From positions 561,129-625,128 of the forward strand of contig NMRA01000168.1 in assembly GCA_002633005.1 (NCBI GenBank): DNA of 64,000 bases, read 5' to 3'. The translations under genes were made by a program, and so were the position numbers. Shown here one piece after another: positions 25,501 to 37,500 of the stretch. The notes under the pieces are model-generated. The model searched no databases, was not told where the DNA came from, and was given only the letters and a program-made list of their open reading frames with translations. Each line of letters starts with the position of its first letter. Position 1 is the stretch's first letter. This stretch comes from Phoronis australis (taxonomy: Eukaryota; Animalia; Phoronida).

Positions 25501-28500
25501 CTTTATGTCGAATGGTCCGGCTTCAGAGATACTGAATCCAACATATCTTACTTCGATGTTTCTTTGTTCGCCCAGATTTCCTGTGAAGCGCGGGTTTTCG
25601 ACGAAACAAAACTGTCCTTGCTTTATCCGGATGTTCGGGTTACAGGTGACAACAAAACTGCATTCGAGAAACTGTCTTTACGTTTATTCACTCCATATTA
25701 TGTCAAACTCGTTGCCACAAACGGGGCTGGGTTGCGCAGAACTGTTTGGAGTTTACCAATAATGGTAGATAGCTCTCGACCGGTTGGAGGATCTGTCAAA
25801 TATGGAGCGGATTGGAAGAAATCGGCTACGTATCAGGCGTCGCCCACTTCGATTCAAGTCATGGTCGCTCTTGACCACAACGTGAATTCCACTGAATGTC
25901 GGACAGAGGAGCAACTGCTGCTTGTTAAGGACCAAAAGATATCACAAAACATCACAGTCTTAGAAAATGAAGACATGCATAATGGTCTTTATGCGTTTTA
26001 TGATAGCGCTAATATTGCTGTGAATGGAAATGGATTGGACCTCATTATAAAAACCGTTGAAGGCAAAAACGTTTTATCCTTGCCAGGTTTTGAGTATCCA
26101 ACCCATATTTTTCAAGGTCACTATAAGACGTCTTTCAAAGCTGCTCACGGTACAGAAATCTTCACCAGCTTTTATATATCTGAGAATAGCGATTTTTCAG
26201 TTTTTCAAGACTTTGTAGTAGAAAGCGTTGATGATGAGCCTAATGAATCAGACTATGTACGCCCTAACGTAAGTTGGTCACGAATTAATACTAGTTCAGA
26301 AGCAGCTAATATCACTGACAAAATAAATACAACTGTGCCGACACCTCATGTCAACCAAAATGAGTCGGCTAAGGCATCAAAGATCGCGCGGTCAGAACCA
26401 GCAATTGGCATACACGTGATGGGCTTTGATAAAGATGGAACACATTTTGTTCGCTTCTGGGCCGTAGGAGACGACAACAACATAAAAGAACAATGGGTCA
26501 GTCTTAATTTTAACCCAACTCGTTCCATGGCTGAATACATCATAATCATTGAACAAGACGAATCGGCTGTTCTCGACACTTGGAACTCTAAACTGTACAT
26601 TGCTAAAGAAGAAAAGGCAATTCTGTACGGCGTCAAGAAACCCGTATTTGCAAATGTTGGGTGTCGCGTATGGAATAGAAATGATCACGTTCCTGCATCT
26701 TTGAACAGCCGTGCGATGGTTGAAAACTTGTATTTAGCTCTTCGCAGAGATAGTGCCTGTATGTTTGGAGACGCATTCTTTGACAAAGAAAGCAAGATAA
26801 AAGAAGTATGGATGGGTGTTGGGAGTGAAGAAAACGGTAACACAGACATACTTCCTTTATCGTTGGTTTTAAATCCTTGCTCAAATTGCGAGGGTGAGTG
26901 CGATATCAATTGCGACTCTAGCTGTAGCGTTGAGGGTTTTGTGGTGTACAATGTGTCACTTAACAATCTGTCTCTTTCCTCTGGCCATGTGCGAAGCTTA
27001 CCACCAGGAGATCAAACAGGAGAGGAATCCACCAGGGAATATTTCGATCTCAATATCTATCACGTTGTGGTCAAAGTTGTTAACTTTGCATCTCATTCTA
27101 CCACTGTTGTTGGGAAAGGAATTAAAATAGACACAACTGCGCCAGACTGCGCGCAGGTTCTTTGTACTGATCCTGTTCATTCAATTACTGAACCTTCTCA
27201 ATATCTCGGCTCCGGTAAAGCTGTGGGCGCCTTTTGGGATTGCCAAGAACATGAATCCCGCATAAAAACATATCTCGTGTCTTTTGGCACTGACCCGGGA
27301 ACTGGTGATATAGTGGAGCAGAAGGATCTGGGTCTTGTGAAAGAAATAGTGATGCATGAAAGAGAATTTGTGAAGCCCATTAACCACGGGCAGACGTACT
27401 GGTTTAATGTAGAAGCGGTGAACCTTGCTGGTTTATCTTCACGTATCTCCTGTAACATCACGGCGGACTTCGAACCCCCTGTTATAACTGATGTTGTTGT
27501 TGAATTTCCCAACACGAAAGAAAGTCCGAATTTACCACCAGGTGTTCGAATGACAGAATCTGCAGTGTCTACTGGCATTGGTTGGAAGCTTACGTCAACT
27601 TCGACTTCATTTTACGGTGAGGAACATCTCTTTGACATATATTTAGAATGGAGATACTTAAACATGTAGTACCCAAGCGTCAATACAGGTAGCATATCCG
27701 TTGTTCCATTCTCACATGTTTTGGCCTGTGTTTAATCAACAAACAATAGTTGTTTTTACAACTGATAGTTTTGGCAAGATGTCGATAGGCAATCAATGGA
27801 GATGAACTAAAACCCTTCTATGGTTGGGTTGCTTAGATGGCAACATCTTCTATACGTACAATGTACATGTTGAGACAAAACTGTACGATATTTGCAACAA
27901 TGGTCATTCTTTCAGAATGGGAAATAGGCACTGAAGTTGGAAAAGAAGATGTCCTACCCAGAGTTCTGGCAGGAGTACAAGGTTCAACAGGAGTTGAGAT
28001 TTCTGAAGGGACACTTCACTATAAAGGCACATTGGATAATACTAGGTAATGGGAAGGATTTAACTTAACGGACATGTTTCAAAACACAGGAGATGCAGGG
28101 TGCAGACGGAAAACTACAAGCCTCAAATGCAAGGAGGACATCTCAAAGCTCAAGTCTACCAAAAATGAGCGATGAGATGAATGTCTTCCACACCCGCGAT
28201 AGTCCTCTCATTATACAGGCCAAGTCCCTATTCGATTGTCTTCGATAGCCAAAAATCAAAAAAATGATATAAAAAATCACTACCGCTTGCTCGTTGTTTA
28301 CAAAAATTATTCACAACGTAGTTAACAGGTCACTGAGCTTTTTGTCTTGCTGTTTCAGAGTAATCCTTATCAAGCTATGTGACAACCCTTACTTCACTTG
28401 AGTGATACAGCTGTTTTCTCTGAGCTTAGGGGTGCACATTTAGATATCTGCTTTACATAAATGATAGCTGAGCTGACAGCTGACGCCATGTCGTTGAAAC

Positions 28501-31500
28501 GTGACAGCAGTTCAATGAACAGCTCTGTAATTAATTCAAATACTATGATCTTGACGTCGTTTTTCAACTAAGATATCGTGCTCGTAAGCCAGGCGCCTCA
28601 TCTCAAGGCTTTCAGTCTGCGATAGCACTAACGAATATAGTGAATGTTAGGTCAAGCATCGGCCATTTATTCTTATGTTTGAATAGTAAATATGAGCTGT
28701 TCATGTCAGGAAGAAGTGAAATTCCTCACTTCTTTAATTCACTTCCCTTGGATTCACGTTCTCCGACAGTGGTGTTTTGATCAACCGCTGCTTCTTTTCA
28801 GCCTGTCTATGTTGTCACGTGACAATTCAACCGACTTTGATGAAAGCGATTCTTTTTACAAGATGGAACCAGGACGATGTACTTACCAGACTCTTTACGC
28901 ATTGTCAAGAGCTAAAATTAAAGTGCCCGTCACCACCGAGGAAGTTTGCGTTGCAAGTAAGATATTTCGCCAGTCTGTCATTTTGATTGTAATCGCTCAT
29001 CTTTTAAGAAATTTTCATAAAACGTGATTTTGGTTGTAAGTTCTCATAGTTCCACATTGCATGGATGGATTTTATTCTTATAATATTGGATTTTAGGAAA
29101 GGAAGACAGTGTATTAATGTTGGACAACAACAAAACAACAACACTAACACTATCAAGCGGTTTGAATTCTACCGCAGATGTTGAAATTAACATTTCAGGT
29201 AAGTACATTGTTAATGCATTATTGATCTTTGTAGCCAATGCACGATTTCCAGAATTTATCTTATCATGCAATGCACTGTAAGCGTACCCGGAGAAGAACA
29301 TTGTAAGAGCCAAAGCTCTCAAATCCGATCAAATAGCGTTCGTTAGCATCATAAATCGATGTTATCTACATGTACGTTGTGATGTGGGATCATGTTCACG
29401 TATTTGTATTAGTAGTTAAAGGACATTGTGTCGTGACATGAGTCTCCGTGACCTGCCCAGGCCACTGGAAACCTTATTTGGAACTTACCTGCAGCACAAT
29501 ACGCCCTGTTAACACATTCAGTGAAACCATCTGAACAGCTGCTGGGTTACATGCTTGTGATATAAACTCTCACCAGCAGGTTAAAGTTTGACTAGCAAAC
29601 CGAACGAGCTAAGTGTGACCTGCTACATTACCATTCAGAATCTTTTGATATTAGTTATATTTTAAACTTGTTGAGACAATAGCGATAATATAGTACTTAG
29701 ACAGTCATAAGCACTTTAAATATTTTTTCAGCGAAATATGTTTTCTGAATGTAGGTATCCTTTAGAATTTGATGCTAACTTGATACCAATTTCCCATTAA
29801 ACGGTTTCCGTGACCAAGAATTTTCAGTAAAATTTATCAGAAAAGGCAGTGTCACATCGAAACAACGGTAGCGAATTTTATTTGACGTAAATGTTAATTC
29901 TCAGAAATGTTGTTGCAGTTTTCCAAATTATGAATTCGTTCTCATTTTAAACTCCTTTCGGGTTATTTCAGAAGTCATGAAATTTCTGTTTATAACATTT
30001 CATACAATGTGGGACACATTAAAAACAAAATTCCAAACATTAATTTATAGAATTGTGCATAATGCATATTTGAAACTTGCAGCCATTTCTAAGATGACCT
30101 GTTCCGAAGTTAGACAAATTTGGACTTTTTTAAGGTCCTGTATAACCTTGAATAGTTCAGAGGAAAATTCCTTTTTAAGAGATTAGCAGTTACCTGATTT
30201 GACCATTGTTCAAGTTTCTCCGAAACACGTATCAATAACGTGTACACTGTACGTGTTTATCCAAATGTAGGTATACGTTTGTGTATATGTATTTGTATGT
30301 ACACGTGCCTATATAGGCTCATCTCCGTATTTGTGGCACTTTGCCAATACCTGAATTGAGGCGATTATGGTTTTTCGTGAAACACTAGAGTGCAGACTTC
30401 GATCAATACCAAAGCATGGTTAATGTAGCCGTAATGGGCGTTGACATATACATAATTTAACGCTGACTATAAAGTATATAAACCATGATCGAAAAACACC
30501 TAGTTTGAGACGTGCACATATATGAAGGCAATACGTATCCGCCTGTAACTGTATGCAAATCTGAGGCGCATGCGAAACAATGAACAAAAAGTGCTTGTCA
30601 GATGTTTGACTGTGGGTTGGTTTAAAAGGTAGCTATGCTTTGAGATTGTTAGTAGATGGAGAGTGAATATTCAAATCCAGTAATTAATTTATTATACGAT
30701 AGCCCCTAATTAGACAAATGAAACCTATTGTTAATTAAGTAATCAACTGCAAAGAGTAACTACCCTAGCGCCCTCTTTAAAGATTACTTTAATCAAACAA
30801 CCAAAACAATCAAATGTCTTATCTGCTATCCAAGCTAGGACTCTCCACTTGTTGGATGTATGTCCTGTTGGTGAATCTTCGAACTACACACACTGTATAG
30901 CGACAGTGTACTTGCTGGTCACCGTCTCTGGTGATGCAACACTTGCAGGCAATTTCTTCTACCTTCTTGCTGGTCACAGTCTCTCGCTGTTGACGCAACA
31001 CTTCAAGTAGTATCTTACTACCCACAATGCAAGTGACAAGCTCTTAGTTAACTTCCTGTTCGTTAACCCTTGCCCTTGCCAAGATCCCTTCTAGAATCTT
31101 CCACGAGATGGCTCTGTCGTACAATTGCTTCTGTACTCTGTAGCAAGTCTTTATGCTTCAACTACTATAGCGCTTCTAATTATCTTGTTGATTTCAGCCC
31201 ATAATATAACTTTCTACTTATTTAGTGATTGGCTAATAAAAACCACATGATCATATCCACTCATATTATTGGCTGTTACAATTTGGTCTCAGAATATTCT
31301 AGAATCTCTAGAGTACTTTGACCCCAGAACCCAAAGTTGTAAACACCGTCTAAAAATAGATTTTGACGTTGAAAAACATGTCAATAAGTCTGACCCCATG
31401 ATTTAAAAGTACATATGCACAAATTTTGGGCAACTTAAAATGGATCTATTCTTACTAATTACTTAATCAATATTTATTCTGACAGTGCTCTTAGAAAAAC

Positions 31501-34500
31501 TTGTTAATTCGGATATTCGGTTATGTGTAATTACAGGATCTTCGTCTGTTATCGTTGGAAAATTGAAAGTAGATGACATAAAGTCACGTTATGGTTCCGC
31601 TGCATCAACAACCTTTAGACAATACATTGAAGACCCCAGTTCTAGTTTGGATGAAGACCGAGTTTCTCGTAGGCTTCGACACAGGTGAAGAGTTCTTTTT
31701 AAACATTTTTGAATGATTGGCATCGTGACTAACATGACAGAGTCTACTTGTTAGTCTCCATTCTGTTATTTTAGAAAACATTTGTTTCTGTAGCATAGAA
31801 ACGGTTTTCCTCGCACTAAAGTAGTTTTAACATAAGATATGAAGATCGAGTTGTGTTTGTACAGTTTTCCTTTTAAATATGACCCGTAAGGAAAAGATTT
31901 TGATTCAAATCACCTGATCAATGGTAGAGTCAGGGGACTTGTCGTCAGACGCTTATTACTTTATTTTTCTGTTTATTAGGTACGAGAAATATGGTGGGGA
32001 ATCTTTCTTCATCACACCTGTGAACGACTTTACCAGCATTAACCGACCCATCGAATTGACCATACCGTTCAAACCAGAGCTCCTTGGACCCGGACAGATT
32101 CCTGTTGTGATGTTTTATGACCCAGGTTGGATTTTAGATATCTGCTACGCTACCACACAAATTAATCCGCCCTTCGTGACACGCCATGTAAACGAAATAT
32201 AGGATACCACATACCAACAACACTATAATTTAGATTAAATTCCGGACCTGATTTGTAATGTTTACAGAAAAATCAAATATTTATCTGGACGTAATTTCGC
32301 AGATTTAGGTTCGAGCTATAAGCATTCTTCACAATAATGAGTGCTATTAACATTGACAATGTTTTGGTGTTATTGCAAAGTGAATTTCACTTGAACTTTT
32401 TCTTCCTTTGAAAAAGTAACCGCATGTTCCTAATATTTATAAGATAACCCCTTCAGTTGTTGTAATCATCTAAAAAGTGTTGTATTTTTATGTGACATTA
32501 TTTGCGGCTGTAGTGGCGCCGGTAGCCTGCGTTAGTTTTGCAACCAAACCAATCGTGTAGTCATAGAATACTTGTTTTCCTTCTCATACCAAATAATTGT
32601 GTACCCCAAGTGTCAACATTTCAGATGAAGACAAGTGGAATGAGTTATGTGAATCCTGCAATGCATGCGATGACTTGGAGACTGGCAAAGATATCGACTG
32701 GGTCAAGCGTGTCGTCCATGGACAGGTATGTTTTCTCCAAACAAAAAATTCTGTCCAGTTTCTTCTGGCAAAATGTGACGTGAGATTTGGAACACCATTC
32801 ATGTAAATTTGTGCAAATGCAAAATTTCACTGAATTCTTTTTAAATTGAATTGTTGTGGTCAATTTGGTTGTAACCACTCCGAGTAGGAGAGGCTATGTT
32901 CACGATGACCCTCGTGGCAATACTGGCGATGATGATCTCAGTACCTTGGACGCAGTGGCGTAATCCACCATCATGACGGGGAATAACTTTTTGATTTACT
33001 ACATAAGTATTGTGCAAAGCATCTGCCTATAGGGACATCAGCAGTTTGTAAAGTAATTACCTGTAAATTTCGTATCAGTTTAAAATAGTATTGAGGCACG
33101 CTTGTTTGCCGTACCTGCGGTTACAACGACCCTTACCTCGACACAACACCCTAGACTTTGAATTGGATATTTCGGTCAGTACTTTTGTCTCAATAGAAAC
33201 ATAGAATAAAAGAGAATTTGTGCCAATCACATCACGTTTAGCAAAGTTCCCTTTCCGCCTGAAATTGGCATCTACAGTGAATTTGTCCATGGCGACAATT
33301 TGTGTATGGCTTTATTTCATGTTTTCGTAGACCTCCACTTTTTAATTTGGTTCTAAGTAGAATGGCAGCTTAATTCATACCATGTTGTACAAGCCACAGC
33401 ATTGCAACTTGTTGCGTCATGTACGGAAAAACGAAAGTGTTTTACGATTGTTTCCCTTAGGTTTGTAACACAAGACACGCCGATCTCAAACGCTCTATCC
33501 GCTCACGTCGAGATACATCGCATAACGGTACCAAGAACGCCATGTTTCCCATCAGCTCTACGCAGTACTCTCTAACATATAGCAACAAAGAAATGGGAGC
33601 ACCGGTGGGTATTATTATTATTATTGATATATTTTAATATAGATATTTTGTTGTTATTGTTATTGGTGTTGTTATTGATGTTATTATTATTATTATTACC
33701 CATGCCGCACAATACGAACTGGTAACTGGTGCCCAAAATGTATATATTTTATCAACCATGAATTATGTACATGTAGAACAAATGGACTCGTTTGAGTTAA
33801 AGCAAGCACGAGAGAAAAATGTATCTCAAACTTCAAATCGATATGAATTCGTTTTAGAAAGCCTGTGAGTGGCTCAGTTGTCGCGAAGTCAGCCGTAACG
33901 CAAAAGAACTGGTTCTGTGCAACGCTGACAGCGACAGAAACCTAACTCAACACGACGTGCAGAATAAAGGTAATTACGCGTTCCACTTTATCTCAGGTTG
34001 TTACCTAGAAAAAATGGTAGCAATTTCTGTGCTAGGGGTCAGCATCAGGGGTATGATAGTTGTACTCGAAAAGTTTTTTGTTCTAGCAGCATTTTCTCGA
34101 GGAATGACGTGGTTCTTTGTAAGATCAAAAATGTTCCATTAAATTCAATAACTTATATGGCAACAATCACGCTCAGCCGGGTGGAATACCATTTACCAAA
34201 GCACTTTAAATTGTTTAAGATATCAAGCAGTTCTTGTAGGCATTCTACTTCATATGAATAAATTTGCCAAGGACTGATAATAAAATTCCGTATTTTAAGT
34301 AGTATGGTAATGTAAGCTATGAATACTTCAATGCCGGAATACAGCTCTACACGCCACTTTTGCGTGTAGCCAGTCGTTCCATTATGACCTCCAAATCTGA
34401 TGACCTCCAAATCTGACCTCTGTCGAAGATCAGTTCCCGATTTTACTCAACGAATTTTAATTCAATTAAACGCTTGACGTAAGTGCCTTTAGCTCAGTTT

Positions 34501-37500
34501 AGAAGACTGCACATTTTGAACATGTTGGGGGTAATTAGTGCGCATCGTAGCTTAGAATTCTGCGGACGGTCGAAAGTCATGGGTGTCGTTTACACACAAT
34601 AGATCCCTAAAATGATGTGCTACGTCAATGATAGCAGTTTACTGTGAACCCTGCTCATGCAACTATCCCAGTTGGATTGCGAAAGTATACAGAACTTAAC
34701 AAAGGGGTCATGGTTGTGTAGATAATTGCTTTGTTACCACTGTGGATTCCGAATATTCGAACACCAGAATGACGGGAATTTGTAATGTACATCGTGCGTG
34801 GTGGTTGGAAAGCAATTTGTGCGATCCTGAACTGTCCCGTTTCTTAAATCTTTCAGTTACCTTTGCCTGCTTTTGGAGAGCAAACACCTTGACAGCTGTG
34901 ACCCTTTTATTCGAACACAACTCAACTGATGGTGATTTCGAGCGCTTATTTCTACATCAAAATGATACGGCGACAATGATGTCAAATCCCCATTGCTATG
35001 ACGATGGCAATGCGAGACAGATGTCTTTGACAATTGGTAAAACGTCAGAGCTGAGAAGATGTGACTTGACATCTGTGAGTACTAGAAGTTATTTATCTTT
35101 TCGTAAATTCCCATATCACTTTGTTGCCAGTTTTGATTGCAGTTGTTGGCTAAAAAAGTATTTTGGTCCATGATATTTTACTTTGAGAGACGTAAAGAAT
35201 GAACGCGCTCAGTTGAAAATAACCTTGACAGACGTGTAGACAATTCACAGAACCTTTTATTTGGTAAAGATGTTTGGATCGATTTCAAAATTCCTGATTT
35301 TCATTATATTGTGTATATGACTTACAGGTACATGTAAGAGTGTGTAAGTCAATGGGCAAGACAGTGTCATTTGCAAAACCGGCAAGCCCGAAGTCAAATA
35401 TTAAGGTTTTGTTGGAGGCTCTTTTGGAAAGAAGTAATTTTGCGTCCACAAAAAGCGCCCGGGTTCTGTTTCCGAAATTTGTTGGTATTACCCTAACACT
35501 TTGGTTCATCAGTAGGCTTCACTGTGTGCTATGAGAGGAAATAAGTCTATGCACTTGAGATCAGAAAATTCTATTATTGGGGGCATCAATTTGTTTCTAC
35601 TCGACGATGAGTTTGACATCAGTGACAATTTAAATATGATCAGTAATGTGCCGGCTAAGTGTTCGTGCATTTTGGTCCATGTTAGAACAGTTACCTGAAC
35701 TGTCAGATGGAGTCTAACTAGCACCGAAAGTGACTTGAAATACCTTCCTGGCTTCACTTTATCGGAAGCTTGTCTACTGTTTGAGTAATCTGGCGACGCT
35801 TCCGCTTGCAAGCCAACAATCAACCTGAAATATTTCGACAGACCTTTTAAAAGCTAATGCCGCACATTCCTATCACTTCATACCGTAGCCGAAATGCCAA
35901 ACGATCGTAAAAAGCTTCATTTGGGGGCTTATTGGACTCTTTTTCCAAAAGAGACTAAATGGGTTGAGTGAAGGCTGTTTTGGAAATTACCGGTGAAAAA
36001 GATAAAATCTCGTACACTTTTAGCATTGTGCAATAATTACCTGGCAAAAATTTGAAATAAACACTAGGTCTCACTTTTTATATCATTGTAACAAACAAGA
36101 TATTAGGGAAAAAATAAAAAACAAGGTAGTGCTATCTTTGGGATTTAAAAGCAATGGAACTTGACAGAAATTGGCGTTTTATAATCTTTAGAAAGTATAA
36201 GCGTGATTGTCATGAACGCATCTGTAAAGCCAATCATTAGAATAATGGATAGAGAAAGTTTTAGTACTGGAAATGAGGTTCGTCATTGACCAAAAAGCAC
36301 CCTCAGGGGGTTTCTGTAGAATCCATTAGATGGCGCAATGGAAATTTGTAATGCATTTTATGTATTGGTGACACTTGCTTAGTCCGTTTGCGACGACAAA
36401 CTTGATTCGTAGTTAAGATCAGGTGACAGTCAGACCTTTACCCTTGTTGCGATTAATATTTTAGGAATCAGTACCATTTTTCCTAGATATCAGTACCTCC
36501 AGAATCCATCACGTTTTATTTGGGTCGAAACCTAGGACTTTTGACGGGAAAGGATGCTAAGTTTGTTGTCGATTGTGCTTCCGACCGTTGCTCAGGTCAA
36601 GTTCCTGATTACAAGTTTGCTGCTGCGTAAGTAAAGGGAGAACGAAAGTACATTTTAACTTACACTTAGGCATATTTTGGTTTGGATTCACTGAGATGTC
36701 TTCATTTAGGAACAACAGGCTGAAACTATCACTGCACAGTGTATACACGGCTAAAAGTTTTAGTGGTACTTGAAATCATCTACTGTGTATAATAATCGTG
36801 GTAGTGTTAATAAAACCCGAACTTAGTATCTTTTTGTCATGCCTCGAGTCCACATGGTGTGAGATTCATCAGGAACGACTTGGACATACGCTTTCTGTTA
36901 TTTTTGTAATACACAATGGCAGCATTCAATATTTACAATGATATATATCTACTTGGTAACAACCAAGGGAAGGTCGCGGCTGTATAAAGGGCTTAACTGA
37001 TAAAATGTCCTCTCGCCGCTAGGCTTTACTCGTATTTAATTGACATTCTTTGTAAAAGGAATACGATACTGGCTGCGACTCACGTGTATGAACAGGTGTG
37101 GATGTGTTTCCCACTAAGGTCTCTAAAACGAAATACTGCACTTAAAGTGTAACCGACTCTCAAAGGTTTGGAGTAAACATGAATAATCCGCACACTCTGC
37201 TCAAGGTCAAGGTTTACTTAAGCGCTTTTGATGACTTGCACAACTGAGAACCACCCACCAAGAACCACGGGTTTCATTTGATGAAAAAGTACCGTAATTG
37301 TTTTTAGTTGAATCTCGTTTTCATCACCGAAGTAAAACACGAATGTTGCATTAACGAAAGAAAGAGTATTTATTGAAATTAATAAAAAAGGATTCAGTAT
37401 CGTTTTAAGAATTCTCATTGCCTCAGTTTTACAGATTTCACGACCCTCTCACTTTGTTTCATTTTTATAGGAAACCCATTATTACCACATATATTGCCAG

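Noticed and set aside
25469-27578. Several antisense or alternate-frame ORFs over the large exon (also 14795-15277 and 21385-21783)
   Set aside because: Shadows of the real coding frame with no independent motifs.
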